From Torpedo marmorata (lineage: Eukaryota): a DNA stretch of 64,000 nt. This document shows, in pieces, positions 1-12,136 of the stretch; within the stretch, counting starts at the first letter, position 1, and each line of letters begins with the position of its first letter. The DNA is taken from assembly GCA_977017645.1 (NCBI GenBank), contig OZ360219.1:259222001-259286000 (forward strand), in the 5' to 3' direction. A program made the position numbers and the translations under genes. Under the pieces are notes generated by a model. It saw only the letters and a list, made by a program, of their open reading frames with translations, was not told the DNA's origin and ran no database searches.

Positions 1-517
1 TACTACCTTGGAGGTCCTGCTCTTCAGCCTCTTTCCTAACTCCCTAAACTTACCTCTACCCCACTCCTGCCTATGTCATTGGTGCCAATATGTATCGCAT
101 CCTCTGGCTGCTCATCCTCCCCCTTAAGAATATTATGCACCAAATCAGAAACATCCTGGACCCGAGCACCCAGGAAGTTACATATTATCCTGGAGTCTAT
201 TTTGTGGCCACATAATCTCCTATCTGTTCCCCTGACAATTGAGTTCCCTATGATTATCACTCTACCTGATTTTGCCCTTCCCTTCTGAGGCTCAGAGCCA
301 ACGACAGTGCTATTGGTTTGGCTGCTGCCTGGCACAGATAGCTCATCCCTCTCAACAGTATCCAAAGGGGTATACTTGTTTCTGAGAGAAATCGCCACAG
401 GTGTACGCTGCACTGCATGCCTATTCCCTTTCCCTCTCCTGACTGTCACCCATCTACCTTCCTCCTGCCTCCTCAGTGTGATTGCGTCCCTGTAACTCCT
501 GTCTATCGCACCCTCAG
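1..517 (-). mobile_element. Old CR1 LINE, ORF1 (SGNH/GDSL esterase domain) fragment; runs off the window start
   Basis: ORF 36..449 has esterase blocks IIIGNSIVRG / FLGARVQDV / HIGTNDIG typical of CR1 ORF1. The frame continues at 7049 on the far side of the Gypsy insertion. Confidence 0.85.
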
Positions 518-751
518 TGTAGCGCAGTCAATGACCAGTCGCAGACACGAAGAAAGTGATCAAAGGATTTATTGATCAGAAAGTTCGAGCATGCCTCTAC
601 ATGCTGCTGGCTCACGTCCAAGGCAGGAAAAGGGGAGGAGACTAGGGATCTCAGCCTTTATTAGGGGATGTAATGGGGAGGGGCTACATGTTAGCCCGGT
701 GAGCCAGTGAGGACATGCCTGGACATACCCGCAGTACCGCGTTTCACCACA
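518..751 (-). repeat. 3' LTR of Gypsy element
   Basis: 234-bp near-identical copy of 6815-7048, tgtagc...caccaca. Confidence 0.93.
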
Positions 752-997
752 TTCACAACTCCTTTTTTGATAGAGTCCGGCGGGGTGAAGCGGGGCAATG
801 TCCATACAGTTCATAGTCTCGTAGGTTCAGCCGATCCGGCGGTTTTCTTTCATATAACCATATAACATTTACAGCACAGAAACAGGCCAGTTCGGCCCTT
901 CGAGTCCATGCCGAACACATTCTCCCACCTAGTCCCACTGACCCGCACCCGGCCCATAACCCTCCACACCTCTCTCGTCCATATACCTATCCAACTT

Positions 998-3812
998 TTA
1001 CTTAAACATTAAAATTGAACCTGCATCTACCACTTTGGCCGGAAGCTCGTTCCACCCTCCTACCACCCTCTGAGTGAAGAAATTCCCCCTCATGTTTCCT
1101 CTAAACTTTTCCCCCTTCAATCTCAATCCATGCCCTCTTGTTTGAATCCTCCCCTCTCTCAATGGAAAAAGCCTGTCCACATTGACTCTTACTTTCCCCT
1201 TCATAATTTTAAATACCTCTATCAAATCACCCCTCAACCTTCTACGCTACAGGGAATAAAGTCCCAGCCTGTTCAACCTTTCCCTATAACTCAAACCCAG
1301 AAACCCAGGCAACATTCTTGTAAATCTCCTCTGCACTCTCTATTCTGTTTATATCCTTCCTGTAATTCGGCGACCAAAACTGCACACAATATTCCAAATT
1401 TGGCCTCACCAATGCCTTATACAACTTCAACATGACATCCCAACTCCTATATTCAATACTCTGATTTATGAAGGCCAACATACCAAATGCCTTCTTCACC
1501 ACCCTATCTAGGTGTAACTCAACTTTCAGGGAATTATGTACCAGAATTCCTAAATCCCTCTGTTCTACTGCACTTCTCAATTGTCTTCCATTTAACAGGT
1601 ATGACCTTTGCTGATTAATCCTACCAAAATGTAGCACCTCACATTTATCAGTATTAAATTCCATCTGCCATGTTTCCGCCCACTCTTCTAACTGTCCAAT
1701 ATCCCCCTGCAAGCTTTGATATCCTTCTTCACTGTCCACAACACCACCAATCTTTGTATCATCTGCATACTTACTAATCCAATTTACCATCCTATCATCT
1801 AGATCATTAATATATATGACAAACAACAATGGACCCAGTACCGACCCCTGAGGCACTCCATTAGACACCGGCCTCCAATTTGACAAACAATTTTACACCA
1901 CTACTCTCTGGCATCTCCTATCCAACCATTGTTGAATCCATTTCACTACTTCTTCGTTAATACCTAATGCTTGAACCTTCCTAACTAGCCTCTTATGCGG
2001 AACCTTGTCAAATGCCTTACGAAAGTCCATATAGACAACATCCACAGCCTTCCCCTCGTTAACCCTCTTAGTAACCTCATCGAAAAACTCTATGAGATTT
2101 GTCAAACATGATCTACCACAAACAAAACCGTGTTGACTACTCCTAATCAATGCTTGTCTTTCCAAATAACTGTATACACCATCTCAAAGAACACTCTCCA
2201 TTAATTTACCCACCACCGATGTCAGACTCACAGGCCTATAATTTCCAGGTTTACTTTTGGAGCCCTTCTTAAACAGCGGGACAACATGAGCTACCCTCCA
2301 ATCCTCCGGCACCTCCCCCGTGGCCAGTGACATTTTAAATATTTCTGTCAGAGCCCCCACTATTTGTACACTAACCTCCCTCAGGGTCCTCGGGAACATC
2401 CTGTCAGGACCTGTAGATACATCCACCTTTATACTCTTTAAAATAGCCAATACTACCTCCTCATTAATCTTTATATTATCCATGACCTCCCTGCCAGATT
2501 GCCTTACTTCACCTGGCTCAATATTCCTTTCCTTTGTAAATACTGAAGAAAAAAAATCATTTAAAATCTCCCCCATCTCCTCTGACTTCTCACATAGCCT
2601 ACCCGTCTGATCCTCAATGGGCCCAATTTTATCCTTCACTATTCTTTTGCTTTTAATGTACCTGTAGAAACCCTTTGGATTTATTTTTACCTTTCCTGCC
2701 AAAGCAGCCTCATATCTCCTTTTAGCCTTTCTAATTTCTTTCTTAAGATTTTTTTTACACTCCTTATATTCCTCAAGGACCTCATCTATTCCCTGCTGTC
2801 TATACCTGTTGTACACATCCCTCTTCCTCCGAACCAAATTCCCAATATCCTTTGAAAACCAAGGCTCCCTATATTTTCTAACTCTTCCTTTAATCCTCAC
2901 AGAGACGAATCGACTCTGTACTCTCAAAATTTCCCCTTTGAATATCCTCCATTTATCTGTGACATCCTTTCCTAAAAATAAATTATCCCAATCCACACCC
3001 TCTAAATCCTTCCTCATCTCCTCAAAATTTGCCTTATTCCAATCAAGTATCTCAACCTTAGGCCCAGCCCTATCCTTCTCCATTATCAACCTAAAACTAA
3101 TGGTATTATGATCACTAGACCCAAAGTGTTCCCCAACACAAACCTCTGTCACCTGACCTATCTCGTTCCCAAATAGGAGATCCAATACTGCCCCTTCTCT
3201 CGTCGGTGCTTCTATGTATTGATTGAGAAAACTTTCCTGAACACATTTGACAAACTCCAACCCATCCTGCCCTATTACAGTATGGGCATCCCAGTCAATA
3301 TGTGGAAAGTTAAAATCACCTATAATCACCACCTTATGCTTATTACACATAAATTCTATCTCCTTACAAATTTCCTCCTCTAATTCCCTCTGCCCATTCG
3401 GTGGTCTATAATACACTCCCATTAGTGTTTTCATGCCTTTCCCATTCCTCAATTCCACCCAAATAGCCTTACTGGATGAGCCCTCCAATCTATCCTGCCA
3501 TAGCACTGCTGTAATGCTTTCTCTAACAAGCACTGCGACCCCTCCACCTTTTATTCCCCCTGTTCTATCACGCCTAAAACAACGGAATCCAGGAATATTT
3601 AGCTGACAATCATGCCCCTCCTGCAACCAAGTTTCACTGATGGCTACAATATCATATTTCCATGTATCAATCCATACTCTAAGCTCATCCACCTTTCTTA
3701 CAATGCTTCTTGCATTGAAATATATACACTTGAGAGAATGTCCCCCACAAACACTCCTTTGATTACCCTCTCCTTCATTAACTTTAACATTCTGGTTCCT
3801 CTCTTCCTTCAA
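998..3812 (-). pseudogene. CR1 ORF2 (AP endonuclease plus reverse transcriptase), broken by stops and frameshifts
   Basis: YFNARSI, ISETWL, GDFNFP and SSDH (EN); YRPVSLTS, QHGF, DFRKAFDKV, GVPQGSVLGP and YADD (RT) across ORFs 2184..3812, 1893..2165, 1284..1886 and 998..1237. Confidence 0.95.
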
Positions 3813-3874
3813 ATCTAGGTGTTCTTCTACCCTACTCTCCGCATTCAGATTCTGATTCCCACCCCCCTGACAAA

Positions 3875-4803
3875 CTAGTTTAAACCCTCCCCAACAGCTC
3901 CAGCAAACCTGCCTTCCAGGATATTGGTCCCCCTCCAGTTCAAGTGCAGCCCGTCCCTTTTGTACAGGTCAGACCTTCCCCAGAAGAGATCCCAATGATC
4001 CACAAATGTGAACCCCTGCCCCCAGCACCAACTCTTTAGCCACGCATTCATCCTCCACATCTTCCTATTCCTACCCTCTCTAGCGCGTGGCACAGGCAGC
4101 AATCCTGAGATTACCACCCTCGAGATCCTGCTTTTTAACTTCCTTCCTAACTCCTTATATTCCTTCTTCAGGACCTCATCCCCATTTCTTTCTATGTCAT
4201 TGGTCCCCACATGGACCACGACACCTGGCTGCTCGCCCTCCCCCTCCAGAATGCTGAGTACTTGATCAGAGACATCCATGACCCTGGCACCTGGAAGGCA
4301 ACATACCAACCGGGAGCTCCGATCTCGTCCAGCAAACCTTCTATCTGTTCCTCTAACCAGCGAGTCCCCAATTACAAAAGCTCTCCTCTTTTCCCCCGTT
4401 CCCTTCTGAGCTGAGGGGCCATCCCCCGTGCCAGAGACCTGACCCCCGCGACTTGTCCCTGGTAGGTCCCCCCCCCAACAGTATCCAAAACAGTATACTT
4501 ATTATTGAGGGGAACGGCCACAGGGGTTCCCTGCACTGTCTGTCTCCCCCCCTTCCCTTTCCTCACAGTCACCCAGTTAGCTGACTCCTGTCTATTTGGG
4601 GTGACTGTCTCCCTATCTATGACTACCTCTGCCTCCCTCATGATCCGAAGTTCATCCAGCTGCAACTCCAGTTCCCTAACATGGTCTTGCAGGAGTTGCA
4701 TCTGGATGCACCATTAGCAGGTCTGGTCATCAGGAACATTTGTGATGTCCCTGACCTCCCACATCCTGCATTCGGAACACATGACTAACCCAACTGCCTC
4801 CAT
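3875..4803 (-). pseudogene. CR1 ORF1 (zinc-finger/coiled-coil plus esterase), frameshifted
   Basis: ORFs 4372..4701 (ELELQLDELRIMREAE) and 3875..4309 (CLPGARV, VHVGTND, DGLHLN). Confidence 0.9.
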
Positions 4804-5016
4804 AACCCCTCTTAACTACAACTAGATTAAATAGGAATAAACTTAACCTTACCGGTAGTACTTCCTCAGCCTCTTCTCTCCGAAGCCTCTTGTGCCAAAG
4901 CCTCAGAGCTCCACTCCTTCCCTGTGCCACTCACTCACTGGGCCGCTCCCTCTACTTCCCTGGAAATGGAGTTTGTCAAATGTGTTCAGGAAAGTTTTCT
5001 CAATCAATACATAGAA

Positions 5017-6786
5017 ATGGTAGAGTCGGCCGTTGGCCTCAAATGCCGTATACAGCCGGTCTTTTGGGTGAATTGAGATCTGGTGGTACGCCGCATTTAG
5101 ATCTATGGTCGAAAAGACCCTGTACTTGGCGATCTCATTTACCATCTCCGATATGCGGGGCAAAGGGTAGGCGTCCAGTAAGGTGAACCGGTTGATGGTC
5201 TGACTGTAGTCAATGACCATCCGATGTTTCTCCCCACTCTTCACCACCACCACTTGCGCCCTCCAGGGACTATTGCTTGGCTCTATAATGCCCTCCTTCC
5301 GCAGCCGCTCCACCTCTGTTTTAATGAATTTTCTGTCCCCGGGGCTGTATCGCCTGCTCTTAGTAGCAATGGGTTTACAGTCCGGGGTGAGGTTTTGGAA
5401 CAGCGGGGGCGGAGAGACCCGGAGGGTGGTAAGTCCGCAGGTCGGGTACCCAGCCCGGCTTTCAATCGTGCGATTGGGCCTCCTCTGGGGAATGGGCGGG
5501 GCCTCCCGGTACTGGTTATTAGTGACAATGAGTGGGGGGTGGGGCCCGTCAAACTGCATCAGCTCCTCTTTGAACTGGCACTGGAAATCTAGCCCCAATA
5601 TGACGGGTGCGCAGAGGTGGGGCATTACCAGTTGTTTAAAATTCTTGTAATTGGTGCCCCCACAGTTAGAGTCACGGTGCAGCTTCCACGGATTTCTGTG
5701 GAGAGGGATTTGGATGCCAGCGCTACCTTTCCTTTGGCTGGGGACACGGTCACGGAATAACGCTCGGCAGTGCCCGGGTGTATGAAGCTCTCAGTGCTTC
5801 CCGTGTCGAACAGGCAGCCAGTGGAGTGACCGTTTACCTCAACGTCCATCATCGATCGCCCCAGCTGGTGTGGTCTCCCTTGGTCCACCACGATGGACGC
5901 CAGCGTCAGCTCACTGTCCGAGTCACTGTTGCTGTTTCGGGGCGGCTGCCGCCAAGATGGCCGCCCGGGAGGTCGTGAAGATGGCCGCCCCAATGGATCG
6001 CATGCGGTCGAGTCCGGAGAAGAAGCAGGAAGTGACATCAGTCCTCTTTATTGTGCCCCTGTTCTGGAAGCTCGGTTTTCGGCAACCGGAAATGATGGCG
6101 GAAGTGGATGGGTCCAAGATGGTGAGGAGAGTCACGGTCCGCACGCAGCTCTGCTGGAGTGGGGCTTGGAGCGACATACCCTGGCATAGTGTCCTTTCCT
6201 CTGGCAGTTTGAGCTGGTTGCGCTACGAGCCGGACAGTACTTCCGCGGGTGTCTACTTTGGCTGCAGTAGTTGCACCTCGCATGGTCGGCGGTGGCCACT
6301 GCAGTCAGGGGCCCCGAGTCCCAAGATGGCGCCGCCCGTTCTCCACACCTGGTGGCCGCGTGGCCCGCTGAGTAGGCCTCCGCGTTCTTTTGGGCCGTCT
6401 CCATCGCTCAAGCCATCTGAACCACTACCTGGAGGGATCGATCTCCTTCCTCTTGGTAGAGCGCTCGTCCCAGCTCCTGCATGGCCCTCACGAACTCGTC
6501 TACCGACTCACCAGGACCCTGGCGTCGGGAGCCCAGCTGGAAGCGTGCATACATGGCGTTCGCCGGGGCTCCATATTGTTGTCAAAGTAGAGCCATTGCC
6601 TCTTCAAATTCGGTGCAGTCTCGGATAATTTGGTACGCTCTGTGGCCCACCGCTGCGAAGAGTAGATCGTACTTATCCGGGTTGTTTGTGATATCGTGGC
6701 GCCTCAGATAGGCCTTCAAGCAGTGTAGCCACATATCGAACTTTACAGAGGCCTCTGGTTCCTTGGGGTCTAATTGCCTTCTCCAT
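5017..6786 (-). pseudogene. Gypsy gag-protease-RT (frameshifted, truncated within RT)
   Basis: Two Cys/His knuckles (CNYCSQSRHPRKYC, NCQRKGHYARVC), protease LFDTGST, RT motifs SPWRAQVVVV, RMVIDYSQTINRFTLLDAYPLP, FSTIDL and YTAFEANG. Only the extreme pol C-terminus (RKPPDRLNL) survives at about 752-850. Confidence 0.9.
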
Positions 6787-6814
6787 GGCACTTACAAAAT
6801 TCTGATCAATAAAT

Positions 6815-7048
6815 TGTAGCACAATCAATGACCAGTCGCAGACATGAAGAAAGTGATCAAAGGCTTTATTGATCAGAATGTTCGAGCATGCCTCTACATG
6901 CTGCTGGCTCACGTCCAAGGCAGGTATAGGGGAGGAGACTAGGGCTCGCAGCCTTTATTAGGGGATGTAATGGGAAGGGGCTACAGGTTAGCCCGGTGAG
7001 CCAGTGAGGACATGCCCGGACATACCCGCAGTACCGCGTTCCACCACA
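6815..7048 (-). repeat. 5' LTR of Gypsy element
   Basis: 234-bp copy of 518-751; the gag start follows on the minus strand (ATG near 6786). Confidence 0.93.
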
Positions 7049-7925
7049 CTCAGCCTCCCGAATGATCCGGAGCTCCATTTCACTAACAAGATCTGTAAGG
7101 AGCTGCAGTTGGATGTACTTCTCGCAGATGAAGTCATTATGGATACTAGTAAAAATACAGAAATGCTGGAGGAACTCAGCAGCTCTCGTTGTGTCCACAG
7201 GAGTTAAAGATATATTACTGATGTATCGGGCCTGAGCCCTTCTTCCTTGCTGATATTATAATTGTAGTAAAAAGATTGTAGTTTTTACTACAATCACAGC
7301 TTCTGCATACTTTCTTGTTTCACTCTCACCAGGGATACTGTTGGCTTCCCTGACTATCCACATTCTGAAAGAGGAGTATGTCCCTGCCCTGACTGCCATT
7401 CCCACTGTCTATGAAAGAGGAAAGAGTTAGGAAAACCTGTCCTAACCTTGCCTCAAATCTTACACCTCCACCTCAGCCTCTGCTCACCGAAGCCTCACGA
7501 ACCAAAGCCTCAAATTGCCACTCCTACATTGGGCATCTTGAACCAAAGCCTCAAATTGCCACTCCTACACTGGGCCTCTTGAACCAAAGCCTCAAATTGC
7601 CACTCCTACACTGGACCTCTTGAACCAAAGCCTCAAATTGCCACTCCTACACTGGACCTCTTGAACCAAAGCCTCAAATTGCCACTCCTACACTGGACCT
7701 CTTGAACCAAAGCCTCAAATTGCCACTCCTACACTGGGCATCTTGAACCAAAGCCTCAAATTGCCACTCCTACACTGGGCCGCTTGAACCAAAGCATCAA
7801 ATTGCCACTCCTACATTGGGCCTCTCGAAACAAAGCCTCAAATTACCACTCCTACATTGGGCCTCTCGAAACAAAGCCTCAAATTACCACTCCTACACTA
7901 GGCTACTCCCTCAATGGCTGCTCCA
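7049..7925 (-). mobile_element. 5' part of the old CR1 (ORF1 N-terminus and 5'UTR), with a small Penelope-tail insertion at about 7141-7250
   Basis: Minus strand reads ICEKYIQLQLLTDLVSEMELRIIREAE and MAVRAG..RMWIVRE; 5'UTR resembles 4865-4950. Confidence 0.75.
7494..7903. repeat. Minisatellite, about 10 copies of a 41-bp unit (cttgaaccaaagcctcaaattgccactcctacactgggcct)
   Basis: Unit recurs at 7501, 7542, 7583, 7624, 7665, 7706, 7747, 7788, 7829 and 7870 with no spacers. Confidence 0.95.
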
Positions 7926-9729
7926 ACAATGGCCACTCCACTTGTGCCTGCTTCACTTTTATTTGTTCCTACAGATGAATCGCGATTTGATTGGTCTGCT
8001 GAAGCACTGAGCCCCGCAAAAACTCCTTTTTAATCTCTTCTCCCCGATCTGTGTGGAACTCTCTCTCCTCGCAAATAGATGGATCCAATAAAGATTACAA
8101 TCCAATCTAACCACGATTTGTTTTTTCACAACTGGCCTCCCCAATTTTCAATCTCAATCAAACTTTTCCTTGTTTCAAAATTGTTGTGGAAGCTGAAACT
8201 GGGGAAGATGCAAAAAATCTTTATTGTACACGACGAGCAGGCATTCTGCCTGGAGACGCTCTCAATAAAATCTTCAATTTTTTTACATTTTTAAGAACAA
8301 AGTTAACAGCAGATGATTCAATACGATTTCAATAACTACAATGACTGTTTACTTCAATATTTGAGTCTGACAAATGGTTCCATTGACCTGCATGCATACA
8401 ATGGAAGCACACTGTAATAAACAAGACACCTCTGAATGATGCAAAGCAATTCAGATGATTGGTTTAATAGGTTTCTAAAAACAGAGAATCAAGATGCACA
8501 AAAGCATTGTGACTGAAACAGCTACTGCAATTATTGATAGACAGGGCAAATATGCCTCTGACTATGATGTGCTAAGTAACAAAATTAAATTTGGTCTGGA
8601 AGCTTTCTTGATCTCATTTGCAATGGAACAAAGTAGCTGAAGGTGTCTGAAGCCTGGTTTGATGTGAGACATTGTCTTATGTTAAGTGCCTCCCACTCAT
8701 CATCCCCTCTCCCTGCTTCAGGCCAGCAGCCTGTACATACTGTACAGACAGTGTTGCTGGCTCCAAGGCTGTACTTATAATTTCAAAACTGATTACTGCT
8801 TGCAATGTACATTAGAACTGATTTTATGTAGACTGTTTCTCATATTAATGCCTCATATATTCACATAACCCCATAACCCATAACTCCTAAATAATCCCTA
8901 ACAAAAGTCCTGGTTTGGAAAAGATTAAATTAAAATGATGTGATTTTAAAATCTTTATGGTCTTGATCCATCTTATTCCATTCAGCAAGAACTGTCTATT
9001 CTTCTATCTGGATCCTTGTATCTTTCCCCATTTTCCATCCCATGCTTTGACACTGGTGTCTCCATCTCGGCCATTTGTCATCCTTGTCTTGAACTTTCTG
9101 CAAAACACTTTGCCTCTTGATCTCTCTCTCTCCTCCTTTACAGGCCCCCTTCTCAATCAAGGTTTGATCAATTTTACTAATGTCACTATTCTTTCCTCCC
9201 CTCTGCTCCTTTGAAACAACTTTGGGTGTGCGTGCTTTTTTTTCAAGGAGGTATATCACACACGGTTTGTAAATTTAGCAACCAAATATTGTCAGTTCCA
9301 CTCCTTTTCCTAAAACTTGAATGAAGTATCACCTGCATTAAATGTACCAATAATTTGTAAAAAACAATTTCACCTCATTTCATTCAGCCAGTCATTATTT
9401 TGGGAAGAAAATGCACCTAAAAAGAAATTGGACTAAATATTGCAGCATGTGTCTGATATCCGATACTCATGTGATAACAATACTTTTTATGCAACAGCAA
9501 TTTCCACCCTTGCCAGTGTAAGATGACACTGTAAGATCGAACATATGGCCATAGGTGAAGATTGTACATCCATATTGTTGGTTTTCTGGTATTTAAAGGG
9601 TAGCTCTACCGACATCTGAAGACTTGCCTGGGCAATTTCAGAACTCAATGCTGGCTGCTCAAATCTTCTAAAATCCATGGAGTGTGGCACAACTAACAGA
9701 GAGTACTTTCTCTGGCAGAAAATATATTA

Positions 9730-9870
9730 ATTCCTTATCCCCATCCACATTAATGATACTGAAGTGGGGACAGATGGCAGCTTCAAGTCCTTAGAAGTAA
9801 ACATTTCCATTGTTCAGACTTGGACCATCCACATTGAAGTAATGGTCAAGAAAGCACATCAAGACCTCTG
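9730..9870 (+). mobile_element. Degraded Rex1/Babar LINE RT fragment, continuing at about 10698-10735
   Basis: Resembles the FKFLG..I...L.W..H...KKA.QRLYFLRRL region of the other Rex1 copies in the window. Confidence 0.55.
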
Positions 9871-10697
9871 TGAAAACACAAAAATGCTGGCGGTCAGCAG
9901 GTCTTGCAGTGTCCATAGGAGGTAAAGATATATAACCGACATTTCGGGCCTGAGCCCTTCTTCAAGGTATGAGTAAAAAGCAGGCAGGCACCTGAATTAA
10001 AAGGCTGGGGACAAGGAAGAAAGGGCAAGGGTAGGAGCACAGACTAACAGACAAAAGGTAATTATTGGACATGAATAGGACAGAAGAGGAAAGGTGAGAA
10101 TTGATAGGGGGAGGTGGTGGCTCTGTGAATGCAGATCTGGAGGAACGGAGACAGAGGGAAAAGGAAAGAGAGAGACAGAGCTAGAGGAAAGGAGAAATAG
10201 GGATGAATGGGGGTGGGGGGAGGTCAGTCGATGTTAATGTCATTCAGTTGGAGGGTGCCCAGACAGAATATGAGGTGTTCTTTCCTCCAATTTGCGGGTG
10301 GTCTCAGTCTGGCAGTGCATGAGACCATGGACCGACATGTCGGCAAGGGAATGGGGCAGGGAATTGAAATGGGTGGCCACTGGGAGAGCTGGGAGATCCC
10401 CGCTATTGAAGCAGACAGAGCCATGGTGCTCAACGATGCGATCTCCCAGCTTATGTCCAAATGGAATCCAGGGAGCATTTGTCAAAATTCAACCATTTCA
10501 AAGTGTCAACACCACAAAATAATAATATAGATATAAACTTTGCAATTTCATTAATTTCACCTGAATATGACCTCTCACTTACATGTATTCATCAGTTTGC
10601 AGAATTCCATATTTATTAAATCCAACTGATCTTAAGATGCAGAGGAGACCACAACAGGGACAGTAGATGACCCCTGCAGATTCACAAGTGAAGTGTT
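9871..10697 (-). mobile_element. Penelope-like element 3' fragment (GIY-YIG endonuclease end plus terminal repeat)
   Basis: QHFTCESAGVIYC, LGDRIVEH, PVATHFNS and EHLIFCLGTLQ..INID; hammerhead-like motif at about 9938-9966. Confidence 0.8.
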
Positions 10698-12136
10698 GCA
10701 CCAATGCCTCTTCTACCTTAGAAGGCTAAGAAATAAATAACAAAAAGGAATGAAATCCAATTAAAAGGCACACTTCTCTTACTTACAGATCTCACAGCTT
10801 TTGTATGTCTTTTAATATCTAATTATTTTCCACTTTTTGATGCATAGTTTTGCTGTGGTGCTGCCATTGTAATGACCTCTGACTAATGAATTGTGTGACA
10901 CTGACGAAAATGACAGCAGCACTTCATTGCAGGAGATGGTATCAGGCATCAACCTTATGTAAATTCAATCAGAACGTCCCTCCCCTCAATGTCTTTTTTG
11001 AAATATTTTGATGTATTAGTAAATTATACAGACCCTGACCCAGAATTTTTTTTAAAATTTAATAAAACTGCTTTGCTTTTGCCAGACTTTTGCCAGACAA
11101 AATGGCATCATAGCTATCAGTAATCATTCTGATTCTTCCTGCAAAAAAATACGTTGGCTACATATTTTTATTTTTCAAATTCTTATGGATCTCCAATTGT
11201 CAATGCTGGTTTATAATGACAACATTTTCCTGACAACATATTAACTTAAACTTTGCTGTTAATATGAAAACATGTGTTATGAATGGGAGCTTCTTAAGAT
11301 CAGTTGGATTTAATGATCTTGGAATTCTGCAAACTGATGAATATGTGTAAATGCAAGGTCATGTGCAGGTGTGATTGCAAAATCTATATCTATGTTATCA
11401 TTTTGTGGTGTTGGCACTTTGAAATGGATGAAGTTTGACAAATGCCCCATGGATTTCAGTTTGTTTGGTGCATTGGTAAGTAAGTGTGACAGAAACAGTA
11501 AGTATTTCCTCTTAATCATGTTAGTTTGAGTGCATTGTGGATCAGAACTATTCTTGCTTTGAAATTAAAAATTAAGGAATGCTGTTTTCTTTTCAGGGTT
11601 CTGCAGTAGCCTTAATCCAAAAAAGAAACAGAATAACAGCCACTTCCAGGCCATCTTCCATCACTTTCGAAATTCGATTGAACATTTCCAACATTAGTCT
11701 CCCAAATGGTGCCTGATCTAATTTCTTCATCAGGTGTGCACAGGATGACGTTATTCCCCAAACTAAGCTTTGTTTGGGCTATTGCAGTGGACTTTAAACT
11801 ATGTTTTCTGATCAGTGATCATCATTGCCCACTCCTGAGACAATATTTCACCAATGCAAAGCTGCAAGGCAAGTCTTTTATTCTGACTTTACACCCATCC
11901 TCCCTCCATAACTGATTTCCCCCTTCCCCAATAGAACATCATAGTTACATCTGGTTTTGACCCTGAATGTCCTATCAAACAAGGCCCAGGCACAGGCAAC
12001 TTCACGCCATCCCATTTTTAGCTACTTCCCTTATATATTCTCTGCTCCTGCACACCTCTTCACTTCTATCCCTTTAAAAAGCATCCGTGACCTAAACCTT
12101 CCAAAAGATGCCCATGAACTATGAATGCTGAAGATG

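Larger units (their letters stand above)
851..4966 (-). mobile_element. Near full-length CR1 LINE inserted in the Gypsy element
   Basis: 5'UTR, ORF1, ORF2, and a 3' tail with short tandem repeat (+ strand catataaccatataac at 851). Confidence 0.95.
518..7048 (-). mobile_element. Gypsy-type LTR retrotransposon (234-bp LTRs), internally deleted and interrupted by a CR1
   Basis: Direct repeats 518-751 and 6815-7048 with TG...CA ends; 5-bp TSD CTCAG (513-517, 7049-7053); purine-rich PPT-like tract next to the 3' LTR; gag, protease and RT remnants inside. Confidence 0.93.

Noticed and set aside
5870-6628. 252-aa plus-strand ORF and similar antisense ORFs over TE genes (e.g. 48327..49163)
   Set aside because: Shadow ORFs of GC-rich retroelement coding sequence.
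7494-7903. CRISPR-like array
   Set aside because: Units are head-to-tail with no unique spacers, there are no cas genes, and the context is eukaryotic.
9487-9715. Minus-strand exon (RKYSLLVVPHSMDFRRFEQ...)
   Set aside because: It needs a GC donor and has no recognisable family; too weak.
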